Source of the DNA: Anaeramoeba ignava BMAN | Taxonomy: Eukaryota; Protista; Anaeramoebae | Reading direction: 5' to 3' | Length of the DNA: 64,000 nucleotides | Assembly: GCA_028826165.1 (NCBI GenBank) | Contig: JAPDFW010000063.1 | Location: forward strand, 620,001 to 684,000 | Shown: piece after piece, positions 12,395-24,218 of the stretch | Layout: every line of letters begins with the position of its first letter | Position numbering within the stretch: the stretch's first letter is position 1 | Made by a program: the position numbers and the translations under genes | Notes under the pieces: model-generated | What the model was told of the DNA's origin: nothing | What the model saw: the letters and a program-made list of their open reading frames with translations, nothing else | Database searches by the model: none

Positions 12395-13893
12395 ATGAAT
12401 TTAAATAATTTAAATAATCTAAACAATTTAAATAAAATTAAACATCATTTTCAATTAATTAATTCAATTTATTCTTTAAGAAATTCTTCAAATAGTTTCC
12501 AAAATTTTACAATTTTAACTGGAAAAAATTTAATTAAAATTTATTCTCATAAATTAATTTTAAGTTGTAGATCTTCTTATTTTTATCAAATTTTTAAACA
12601 AAATCCTTCTTTAAATGAAATTTCTTTTCCAGAAATTAACGAAACAATTATGAATCTTATTTTAGATTATATTTATAAAGGAGAAATTGATTTTAATGAA
12701 AGAAATGTTTTTAAAATTTGGAATATTTCTCAAAAATTTGAATTAAATGATTTATCAAATTCAATTCAAACTTATTTAGAATCAAATATTCAATTATCAA
12801 ATGTTTTTAAAATTTTCAGAAAATCAAAATCAAATTCAAAATTAAATCATCAATCATTTGATTTTATTATTCAAAATTTTGAAAAATTAATTCCTTTCAT
12901 TTCCAAATCAAAATTATCAGAAGAACAAATGAAAGAAATTCAAAAAACAAAGAAAACATTGGAACAAATCAATTTAAAAAATGAAAAAAGAAAATCAAAA
13001 AAAAGATAAACAAATTCAAAAGGATAGTGAAGCAATTAATAAAAGAAATGAAATGATATTAAAACAAGAACATGAATTGAAAGATAAACAAAATCATTTG
13101 GATTTTTTATTGAAAGAAAATGAAAGATTAAAAACTCAAATTCAAAACCAAAATCAAAACCAAAAACAAATTCCAAAAACAAAAACAAATTATCGAATCA
13201 ATTCCAAAAAAACAGAAAAATAAATTATTAAAAGAATCAACAATTTTAAATGAAGAATATTTGATAAATCTTCAAAAATGGATTCCAAATCAAAATTTTT
13301 TCAAATTATGTAAATTGGGATTTTCAAAAAAAAAAAATGATTTTAACACTAATGACTTCCATCAAAAATCAGATGATAAAGGAGAAACATTAGTTTTAAT
13401 CAAAACAGAAAAAGGATTTATTTTTGGAGGTTATACTTCAGTTGGATTTAAAAAACCAAAAGATGAAGAATTTGAAGAAACTCAAGCGTACACAATTGGT
13501 GCAGAAGAATTTAAAAAAAAATGTTGTTATCCAGATGAATTATCATTTCTTTTCACTTTGAAAAATCCTTATAATTTTCCTCCTTCAAAATTTCCTCTTC
13601 AAAAAAAAGATCTCCCATATACTATTTACTCTTGTGATTATGGCTCTGGAAATTTTGCTTTTGGATTAAGTTTGGAAAGTTCAGGTTTCGTTCATCGAGG
13701 AAATTTGAAAGCTGATCTTTTATTCAATTCTAATTGGGATCATGTCGATTCAGATTTTGGATTAAATTATCAAATTCCTCCTGGTTTTACTTATTATAAG
13801 AATGAAGGTGAATCAAAAGATAAAAATTTGAAAGATTCAAAAACATTTTTTACTGAAGGTGGAAAGCAAGAATTTGAAATTTATTTTAAATAA
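12395..13893 (+). CDS. BTB/POZ-coiled coil-TLDc protein; two apparent homopolymer frameshifts
   Basis: IYSHKLILSCRSSYF and LDYIYKGEI (BTB); DFHQKSDDKGETLVLIKT..FIFGGYT and EFEIYF (TLDc), across three consecutive ORFs. Confidence 0.8.
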
Positions 13894-13899
13894 CTTCCT

Positions 13900-14487
13900 T
13901 AATTAAAATTAAAATTAAAATTAAAATTAAAATTAAAATTAAAATTAAAATTCAAAATTAAAATCAAAAATTAAAATTAAAATTAAAATTAAAATTAAAA
14001 TTAAAAATTAAAATTAAAATTAAAATCTAAAATTAAAATTAAAATTAAAATTAAAATTAAAATTAAAATTAAAATTAAAATTAAAATTAAAATTAAAATT
14101 AAAATTAAAATTAAAATTAAAATTAAAATTAAAATTAAAATTAAAATTAAAATTAAAATTAAAATTAAAATTAAAATTAAAATTAAAATTAAAATTAAAA
14201 TTAAAATTAAAATTAAAAATTAAAATTAAAATTAAAATTAAAATTAAAATTAAAATTAAAATTAAAATTTAAAATTAAAAATTAAAATTAAAATTAAAAT
14301 TAAAATTAAAATTAAAATTAAAATTAAAATTAAAATTAAAATTAAAATTAAAATTAAAATTAAAATTAAAATTAAAATTAAAATTAAAAATTAAAATTAA
14401 AATTAAAATTAAAATTAAAATTAAAATTAAAATTAAAATTAAAATTAAAATTAAAATTAAAATTAAAATTAAAATTAAAATTAAAAT
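13900..14487 (+). repeat. ~590-bp (AAAATT)n microsatellite between convergent genes
   Basis: Directly visible, nearly perfect hexamer array. Confidence 0.97.
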
Positions 14488-14687
14488 AAAAAAGTGGAAC
14501 AAGAAAAATATTTTAAATTTGAAATTAATTGATTTTTTTATTATTATTAAGAAACGAAACAGAAATTAATTTTTGTTTTGTTGTTATTGATTTTGATATT
14601 GAAAAAAAAAGAAAATATTTTTGTTTTGTTTTTGAAAAAGAAAAGAATTAAAAAAAAAGTGAAAACAAAAAAAAATTAATTAATTAA

Positions 14688-15416
14688 TTAATTCTTAAGA
14701 ATTTCAAGAATACCAGCTTCATCAATAATTTTAACATTCAATTTCTTAGCTTCTTGATATTTAGGGGTAGTTTGAATAGTAGCAACAAGAAAATCAGTAG
14801 ATTTAGTAACTTTATTAGAAATCTTTCCACCTTTATCAGTAATTTCAGTTTCAATTTCTTTTCTGTCTTTCTTAAAAGGACCAGTTAAACAAATAGTTTT
14901 TCCTTTAACAGTTTCTTTTGGAGTTTCATCTTCTGATTTTGATTCAGATTTTGATTCAGATTTTGATTTGGATTTTTTCTTTTCTTCAGATTTTGATTTT
15001 GATTTGGATTTTTTTTTATCTTCTTTTTTTGTTTCTTTTTTTGTTTCTTTTTTCTTCTTTTCATCTCCACTTGATTTACTAACTGATTCTGATTCACTTG
15101 ATTCAGATTCAGAATCACTTGTTAAATCATACTTGATTTCAAAATCTTTAGTATCCACAATTTTTCCTTCTTTAATACATTCACGAACAAATTCTTTTGA
15201 GATTATTTTTGCATTATATTTTAATGCTGTTTTGATTCTTGATTTTAAATTTCTTGCTTCTTCTTGTTTCATTACAAAATATTTTGTTTGCTTGGTTAAT
15301 TTTGATAATACTTTTCCACTGTATATTTCAATTGGATATCGTATTTTTTTTGTGTGAAGTGATAAAACAAATGTTAAACCTTCAAAGATTGTTCCTTTTT
15401 TTTGTTTTTTAGACAT
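14688..15416 (-). CDS. Small protein with two BRCT domains joined by a Ser/Lys/Glu-rich linker
   Basis: IFEGLTFVL...GKV...AKIISKEFVRECIKEGK, and GKTICLTG...GGKISNKVTKSTDFLV...KYQEAKKLNVKIIDE (RFC1/NAD-ligase-type BRCT). Confidence 0.8.
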   Translation of the reverse strand: MSKKQKKGTIFEGLTFVLSLHTKKIRYPIEIYSGKVLSKLTKQTKYFVMKQEEARNLKSRIKTALKYNAKIISKEFVRECIKEGKIVDTKDFEIKYDLTSDSESESSESESVSKSSGDEKKKKETKKETKKEDKKKSKSKSKSEEKKKSKSKSESKSESKSEDETPKETVKGKTICLTGPFKKDRKEIETEITDKGGKISNKVTKSTDFLVATIQTTPKYQEAKKLNVKIIDEAGILEILKN

Positions 15417-15540
15417 TTTTTTTTTGTTTAGAATTTAAAGTTTTTTTTTTTAAAAAATAATAAAAAAGAGTTTTTTTTTTTCAAAAATGAAAAATGAATT
15501 TTTTTTATTTTTTTTTTCTATTAAATTCTTTTAAATTAAA

Positions 15541-15626
15541 TTAACGGTTTTTAATTAAAAAATTTAATTATTTTTTTTTAACGAATTTTTTTATTTTTTA
15601 TTTTAACGAATAATATTAATCGTTAA
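15541..15626. promoter_or_regulatory. Cluster of TAACG(G) Myb-like sites in the BRCT/CDC20 divergent promoter
   Basis: TTAACGGTT at 15541, TAACG at ~15579 and ~15604, CGTTAA at 15621, in otherwise CpG-poor DNA. Confidence 0.4.
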
Positions 15627-15780
15627 AATTAAAGTTAAAATTAAAATTAAAATTAAAATTAAAATTAAAATAAAATTAAAAATAAAATTAAAAATATTTT
15701 ATTCCACTTTTTTATTTTTTAATTTATTTTTTTTTCTCCTTTTTTTTTAATTTAAATTTTTAATTTTAAACTAATAAAAA

Positions 15781-17650
15781 ATGTCAAATCAATCAACTTT
15801 TGATGAATTATTTAGATTTGATACACCTTTAAATTCAAATATTATTCCAAGATGGAAAAGAAAACAAAATGAATTAAATAATAAAATATCAAATTCTAAA
15901 TCAAAATCTAAATCAAATTTAAAATCAAATTCTAAATCAAATTTAAAATCAAATTCAAAATCAAATTCTAAATCAAAATCAAATTCAAATTCTAAATCAA
16001 ATTCAAAATCAAATTCTAAATCAAATTCAAAATCAAATTTAAAATCAAATTCTAAATCTAAATCAAATTCAAATTCAAATTCAAATTCAAAAATAAAAAC
16101 ACCAAAACAATCAAGATTAATTAGAACAAAATCAACACCAATTTTTGAATCAAATTCAAAATCAAAATTTATTAATAAATCAAATAAAAAATCAAATTCA
16201 AAATCTCGTTCTAAATCTCCTCGTTATGATAGATTTATTCCTTCTCGTTCTTCTGATCTTGATTTAACAAACTACCATTTAACTAATCAAAATAATATCC
16301 TTCAAATCAAAGATGATGATACTCCAAATAAAACTGAATACAAAAATACATTAGCAAATAGTCTTTTATTAAATCAAAATATAAACTCAATCCAAAATGA
16401 TTCAAATAACTCAATAAAATCAAATACTTCAATTGATTCAAATGAAAATGAAAATTTCTTTTTATTAAACAAACCAAATTCAAGCAAAAAAGATTATAAA
16501 ATATTAACATTTAAAGAAAAAGCTCCAATTCCAAATAAACCATTACAAAATCAAGTCAATTCACTTTATTCTCAAAATAAATTTGATGCAAAAATTAAGA
16601 AAAAAAACAACAGATCAATCCCTCAAGTTCCAGAAAAAAATCTTGGATGCACCCGATTTTATAGATGACTACTATTTGAACCTTCTGGATTGGAGTCCAA
16701 CTTCAATACTTGCTATTGCTTTGAGTTCAAGTGTTTATTTGTGGAACTCAATCAGTGGGGATATCACAGAACTATTCCCGCAAAACGATGAAGATGAGAA
16801 CATTATAACATCTGTTTCATGGATACAGAATGGGAACATCCTTGCTATTGGAAGAGATGATGGTGATGTTCAACTTTGGGATACAGAAAAATTATTTCAA
16901 ATTAGATCAATGAAAGGTCATTTATCAAGAGTATCTTCACTGAGTTGGAATTCACATATTTTATCAAGTGGTTCAAAAGATACAATGATATTTAATCATG
17001 ATGTCAGAATTTCTCAGCACCAAACTGCCGTTTTAAAAGCTCATTCTCAAGAAGTTTGTGGGCTTAAATGGTCACATGATGGAAATCAATTAGCAAGTGG
17101 AGGAAATGATAATATTTTAAATATTTGGAAAATCAACTCATATGATAATCCAGATTTCACTTTAAGAGAACACACCGCAGCAGTCAAAGCAATTGATTGG
17201 TGTCCTTGGCAAAGGTATTTACTCGCTTCTGGAGGCGGAACTGCTGATGGCAAAATTAGGTTTTGGAATACTCAAAATGGAATTTGTTTGAATTCTATTG
17301 ATTCAGGTTCTCAAGTTTGTGCTTTGAAATGGTCAAATACTCATCGTGAAATTGTTTCTTCTCATGGTTTTTCTCAATTCCAATTATCTGTTTGGAAATA
17401 TCCTTCTTTGACTAAAATAACTGATTTAAAAGGTCATACTTCTAGAGTTCTTCAATTAGCTTTATCTCCTGATGGATCAACTGTTTGTTCTGTTGCTGGT
17501 GATGAAACTTTGAGATTTTGGAAGATTTTTGCTTCAAATGAATCTCTTAAATCAAATTCTTCTTTGTTTTCTCTTTCAAAAGGAAATTTGAATAATTCAA
17601 AAATTATTCAAAAGAAAAGAGGATTAATTCAAGATTTTAATATTAGATGA
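15781..17650 (+). CDS. CDC20: APC/C activator CDC20/Fizzy; one extra A near 16640 splits the ORF
   Basis: PRWKRK, C-box DRFIPSR, KILTF, ILDAPDFIDDYYLNLLDWS, WD40 repeats (QEVCGLKWS, LASGGGTAD) and C-terminal IR tail. Confidence 0.95.
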
Positions 17651-17674
17651 AATTAAAATTAAAATAAATTTTTT

Positions 17675-19577
17675 TTAATAATTTTGATAATTAAATTTTT
17701 GGATTAATAAATCAAATAAATTTGGATGTGTTTGATTTAATTGAAAATAATCAATTCCTTTTTTAATTTCTTCAATTATTTCTTTTGTAATTTTAGTTTC
17801 TTTTTTAATTTGTTTTTTCTTAAAAGAATATTCTAAAATTTGGAAATCTTCATTTTCATTTTCATTTTCATTTTCATTTTCATTTTCTTCATTAATTTGA
17901 ATTATTTCTTTATTTGTTATTGTAATTTCAATTTCTTCTTTTTTAATTTGATTTGAATAAATCCAATATTCAAATATTTGAAATTATTTATTACTTAATT
18001 CACTATAATCTGTAACTTTATTTGAAGTATCATTTGTAACAGATAAAAACATTCCTCGATATAATTCACTTCTCATTATTAATATTAATTTTGGAAATTT
18101 ATATTGTTTTTCTTTTCTTTCAATTATAAAATCTTTTTCATTTTCATTTAAATAAATTCTTTTCATTGTTTCTTCAATTTTTTCATTTAAATTTATAATT
18201 TCTTTAATTTCAGAATATAATTTTGGATTTATAATTCTGTTTGAATAAATCATTTCAAATATTTGATTTGATTCTTTAATTGATTTTTTTGAAATAATTT
18301 CTTGAAGTTTTTCATTTTCATTTTGATTTTGATTTAATCTATATTTCAATATTAATTTATGAGCTTCAATTATTTCTCCATTTTCGGTTTTAAATGAAAT
18401 ATCACAAAATTCTTTTCTTTGAAATAATTTTATCAAATCTTCTTCAAGATTGGAAAAAGAAGAAAGAAAAGGAGAATAATAAAGAAATGAATTATTATAT
18501 CCACAAGAAACATGATAATTGAAAATATTTTCATTAAATCTTAATTTGGGAATATCAGTTTGAATAGGATCTAAACGATTTGTTGAACCTCTCGTTCCTA
18601 ATTGACCTAAATTATTTCTCCCAAAAACAAAAAGTTCCTTACTTGATGTTAAAATCAAACTATGATCATTTCCAACAGAAAAATCAATAATATAATCATT
18701 TTCAAATAAAGATGATTTGATTTCAGTAAATTTATAAGTATATTCCCGATTTTTGACAACTCCATTATATTCATATCTTCCACATGAATAAAGTTTTCTT
18801 TTTAGATCATTTTCAATCAACATTATTGAATGATAATATCCACATTGAATATTAATTATTTTACCTTTTGGAATATTTTGGATTTTGGTTAATTTTTGGA
18901 ATTCTTCTTCTTCTTATTTGAAAATTTCCTAACCCAACTTGATGATATTCATTATTACCACATCCAAATAATTCTTGATTTGAATTTAAAAGAAAAACAT
19001 GATTTGAATAATTTCCTGAAAATATTTTAGAAACATTTTTCATCATTAAAATTGGTTTTTCTGTTTTATTAAGTTTTTCAGAATCAAAAACAAGTTGATA
19101 ATATTGATTTGAACCAATTCCATAAACATTTTGATTTGAAGTTAATAAGTAAATTGAACTATATCCAGAAACAATATCTTCAATTATTTTATCATTTTTA
19201 TCTTCAATTAATGATGAAATATTGATAAATTCTTTTGAATTAATATATTTTCCTTTTGCAAATACATTTCCTTCTATTGTTAAAATAGCTTCATTTCGAG
19301 AACCAACAGTTACTTTTTGAATATTTTCTTCAATTTGGATTTTTTCAGGATTTTGTTTTGAATTATTTTCATATAAATATTCTATTGCTTTTCCATTTTT
19401 AAAAAGGAAAATTGTTGAAAAACTTCCTGATGAAATTTGTTTAATTTGTTTTTCATTTTCATTTTCATTTTCATTTTCATTTTCAAATTTAAATTGAATT
19501 GGTTTTGTTATTGAATCTTGTTCATTTTTGATAAGTTTTGGAGAATAATTTTGTCCAAAAAATAAACAATCATTCAT
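17675..19577 (-). CDS. RCC1-repeat plus BTB-like protein; frameshift near 18910 and in-frame TAA at 17984-17986 (possible pseudogene)
   Basis: RCC1 motifs (VYGIGSNQYYQL, FSVGNDHSLILT, FGRNNLGQLG) followed by FCDISF...AHKLILKYR and LILIMRSELYRGMF. The reading continues FQIFEYWIYSN after the stop. Confidence 0.75.
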
Positions 19578-19610
19578 TTTTGAAAAGAAAAAAAATAATA
19601 AAAATAATTT

Positions 19611-19652
19611 TTCATTTTTTTCATTTTTTTCATTTTTTTCATTTTTTTCATT
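19611..19652 (+). promoter_or_regulatory. Tandem TCATTT(T) initiator-like elements upstream of the ATG; the same pattern precedes most genes in the window
   Basis: (TTTTTCA)n lies 40-80 nt upstream of ATG 19692. Equivalent sense-strand tracts precede at least 13 other start codons. Confidence 0.6.
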
Positions 19653-19691
19653 TTAATTAATAAATCAAATTTAAATTTAATATAAAAAAAA

Positions 19692-22600
19692 ATGAATCAA
19701 AATAATTTAAATTCAAACACACAAAAACCTCATTCAAATCAAAATCAAAATCAAAATCAAATTCAAAATCAAAATCAAAATCAAATTCAAATTCAAAGCA
19801 TAAATCAATTAAAACAAATTTATAAAGCAATTAAAACAAATGATATTCAATTTTTTGATTCAATTTCAACTTTGAAAACAACAGAACAATTTGAAAAAGA
19901 AAATGAACCTTTTCTAAAATTTGCTTTTGAAAACAAATCAAAAAAAGAAATTATTCAAAAACTTATTGAAAAAGAAACAAATTTAAATTGGGTTGATAAA
20001 TATCAAAATAATCCTTTACATATTGCTTTAGAAAATGAATATCCAAAAGAAATTATTGAATTATTAATTTCCAAAGGTTCTGATATTAATTCAAAAAATA
20101 AATGGAATGAAATACCTTTACATATTGCTTTGAGAAATAAATATCCAAATGAAATTATTGAATTATTAATTTCCAAAGGTTCTGATATTAATTCAAAAAA
20201 TAATCAAAATGAAATACCTTTACATATTGCTTTGAAAATAAATATCCAAATGAAATTATTAAATTATTAATTTCCAAAGGTTCTGATATTAATTCAAAAA
20301 ATTATTGGAATGAAATACCTTTACATATTGCTTTAGAAAATCAAAATCCAAATAAAATTATTGAATTATTAATTTCCAAAGAATCTGATATTAATTCAAA
20401 AAATTATCGAAATGAAATACCTTTACATATTGCTTTGAAAAATAAATATTCAAAAGAAATTATTGAATTATTAATTTCCAAAGGTTCTGATATTAATTCA
20501 AAAAATAAATGGAATGAAATACCTTTACATATTGCTTTGAAAATCAATATCCAAAAGAAATTATTGAATTATTAATTTCCAAAGGTTCTGATATTAATTC
20601 AAAAAATTATCGAAATGAAATACCTTTATATTGCTTTGAAAAATAAATATCCAAAAGAAATTATTGAATTATTAATTTCCAAAGGTTCTGATATTAATTC
20701 AAAAAATAATTGGAATGAAATACCTTTACATATTGCTTTAGAAAATCAAAATCCAAATGAAATTATTAAATTATTAATTTCCAAAGGTTCTGATATTAAT
20801 TCAAAAAATAATCAAAATGAAATACCTTTACATATTGCTTTGAAAAATAAATATCCAAATGAAATTATTGAATTATTAATTTCCAAAGGTTCTGATATTA
20901 ATTCAAAAAATAATGAAAATGAAATACCTTTACATATTGCTTTGAAAAACTAAAATCCAAATGAAATTATTAAACTATTAATTTCCAAAGGTTCTGATAT
21001 TAATTCCAAAAATAAACAAAATGAAATACCTTTACATATTGCTTTCGAAAATAAATATCCAAATGAAATTATTGAATTAATTTCCAAAGAATCTAATATT
21101 AATTCAAAAAATAAACTGAATGAAATACCTTTACATATTGCTTTGGAAAATAAATATCCAAATGAAATTATTGAATTATTAATTTCCAAAGGTTCTGATA
21201 TTAATTCAAAAAATTATTGGAATGAAATACCTTTACATATTGCTTTGGAAAATAAATATCCAAATGAAATTATTGAATTATTAATTTCCAAAGGTTCTGA
21301 TATTAATTCAAAAAATAATGAAGATGAAATACCTTTACATATTGCTTTCGAAAATGAATATCCAAATGAAATTATTAAATTATTAATTTCCAAAGGTTCT
21401 AATATTAATTCAAAAATAGATGAAGATGAAATACCTTTACATTTTGCTTTGAGAAATCAATATCCAAATGAAATTATTGAATTATTAATTTCCAAAGGTT
21501 CTGATATTAATTCAAAAAATAATCAAAATGAAATTCCTTTACATATTGCTTTCGAAAATAAATATCCAAAAGAAATTATTGAATTATTAATTTCCAAAGG
21601 TTCTGATATTAATTCAAAAAATTATTGGAATGAAATACCTTTACATATTGCTTTGAAAAATAAATATCCAAATGAAATTATTGAATTATTAATTTCCAAA
21701 GGTTCTGATATTAATTCAAAAAATAAACTGAATGAAATACCTTTACATATTGCTTTGGAAAATAAATATCCAAAAGAAATTATTGAATTATTAATTTCCA
21801 AAGGTTCTGATATTAATTCAAAAAATAATGAAAATGAAATACCTTTACATATTGCTTTGAAAAATAAATATCCAAAAGAAATTATTGAATTATTAATTTC
21901 CAAAGGTTCTGATATTAATTCAAAAATGGATGGAAATGAAATACCTTTACATTTTGCTTTGAGAAATAAATATCCAAAAGAAATTATTGAATTATTAATT
22001 TCCAAAGGATCTGATATTAATTCAAAAAATTATCGAAATGAAATACCTTTACATATTGCTTTCGAAAATAAATATCCAAATGAAATTATTGAATTATTAA
22101 TTTCCAAAGGTTCTGATATTAATTCAAAAAATAATTGGAATGAAATACCTTTACATATTGCTTTGAAAAATAAATATCCAAAAGAAATTATTGAATTATT
22201 AATTTCCAAAGGTTCTGATATTAATTCAAAAATAGATGGAAAAGAAATACCTTTACATTTTGCTTTGAGAAATAAATATCCAAAAGAAATTATTGAATTA
22301 TTAATTTCCAAAGGTTCTGATATTAATTTAAAAATGGATGGAAATGAAATACCTTTACATTTTGCTTTGAGAAATAAATATCCAAAAGAAATTATTGAAT
22401 TATTAATTTCCAAAGGTTCTGATATTAATTCAAAAAATAATTGGAATGAAATACCTTTACATATTGCTTTGAGAAATAAATATCCAAAAGAAATTATTGA
22501 ATTATTAATTTCCAAAGGTTCTGATATTAATTCAAAAATAGATGGAAAAGAAATACCTTTACATTTTGCTTTGAGAAATAAATATCCAAAAGAAATTATT

Positions 22601-24125
22601 GAATTATTAATTTCCAAAGGATCTGATATTAATTCAAAAATAGATGAAGATGAAATACCTTTACATTTTGCTTTGAAAAATAAATATCCAAATGAAATTA
22701 TTGAATTATTAATTTCCAAAGGATCTGATATTAATTCAAAAATAGATGAAGATGAAATACCTTTACATTTTGCTTTGAAAAATAAATATCCAAAAGAAAT
22801 TATTGAATTATTAATTTCCAAAGGTTCTGATATTAATTCAAAAAATAAACAAAATGAAATTCCTTTACATATTGCTTTGGAAAATAAATATCCAAATGAA
22901 ATTATTGAATTATTAATTTCCAAATGTTCTGATATTAATTCAAAAAATAATCAAAATGAAATACCTTTACATATTGCTTTGAAAATAAATATCCAAAAGA
23001 AATTATTGAATTATTAATTTCCAAAGGTTCTGATATTAATTCAAAAATAATGAAAATGAAATACCTTTACATATTGCTTTGAAAAATAAATATCCAAAAG
23101 AAATTATTAAATTATTAATTTCCAAAGGTTCTGATATTAATTCAAAAAATAATCAAAATGAAATACCTTTACATATTGCTTTGAAAAATAAATATCCAAA
23201 TGAAATCCAAATTTTATTAATGAGAGATTTGAATATTTTTGAATTGAAAAGAAAAAGAATTAATCAAGAAATAATTGAATTATTTCCAAAAATTTATTCA
23301 TTTAATGATGATTTAAACAATTTTTTGAAATCAAATGAATTTAAAGATATTGAAATTAAAAGTAATGATGGTGAAATAATTAAAGCTCATAAACAAATTT
23401 TATTAATTAGATTTAATAATAATCAAACAATTTTAACAAGATTTATTAATATTTGCAGAAGAAAATCAAAAGAAATTATTCAATTTTCATTAAATTTTCT
23501 TTATACAGGATTTATTGATTTTGATAAATTTATTGAAAAATTTAATCAAAAATTTAATCAAAATGAAACAAATGATTCAAATTCAAATTATCAATTTTTA
23601 TTTTCAAATCAAATTGAAAAAATACAAAAAGAAGAACAAGAATTAATTTTAAATCAAATTGAAAATCAAAATGAAAAATTTGAAAAAGGGTTAATTTATG
23701 ATTTATTTGAACAAACAGGATTTGATTTAAAATGGATTAAAGAAAAAGAAGGAATAAAAGGAATATTAAAAGATTTTGAAAAATTTTATCAACAAAATGA
23801 AACTAAAGATTTTACAATAATTGTTGAAGAAAAAGAAATTAAAGTTCATAAATTAATATTACAAATAAGAAGTGAATTATTTAAAGGAATGTTTTTAAGT
23901 GTTAATGATTTATCAAATCAAGTTCATGATTATTCAGAAAAATCATTTGAAACAATTCAACAATTAATTTATTTTCTTTATAATGATAAAATTGATGAAA
24001 CAAAAATAACAAAAGAAAATATTGAAGAATTTACTGATTTAAAAGATTTTTATCAATTAAATCAAAAATCAATTTTAGGATCTTATTTACTTGATTTTTA
24101 TTCCAAATCTTTTTCAAAAAATTAA
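19692..24125 (+). CDS. Ankyrin-repeat (~32 x 34 aa) plus BTB-like protein, paralogue 1; several frameshifts and one TAA
   Basis: [30 protein letters not shown] repeats; C-terminal [19 protein letters not shown] and [30 protein letters not shown]. Confidence 0.88.
20007..23210 (+). repeat. 102-bp coding tandem repeat (ankyrin), ~32 units
   Basis: CCTTTACAT anchor at 20013, 20115, and so on to 23166. Confidence 0.95.
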
Positions 24126-24218
24126 TTTTAATCAATAATTTTCATTTTTTCATTTTTTCATTTTTTTCATTTTTTCATTTTTTTTAATAAATCAAATTTA
24201 AATTTAATATAAAAAAAA

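Noticed and set aside
7154-14502. ORFs of (IL)n, (FN)n, (KI)n and (LK)n, including those at 26644-28130, 54321-54749, 57887-58216 and 58915-59251
   Set aside because: Translations of hexamer microsatellites or antisense shadows, not genes.
20007-23210. CRISPR-like or TALE-like array (34-aa repeats with variable residues)
   Set aside because: The units are contiguous coding ankyrin repeats (PLHxA, GxDIN) with no spacers, no cas genes and no TALE consensus.
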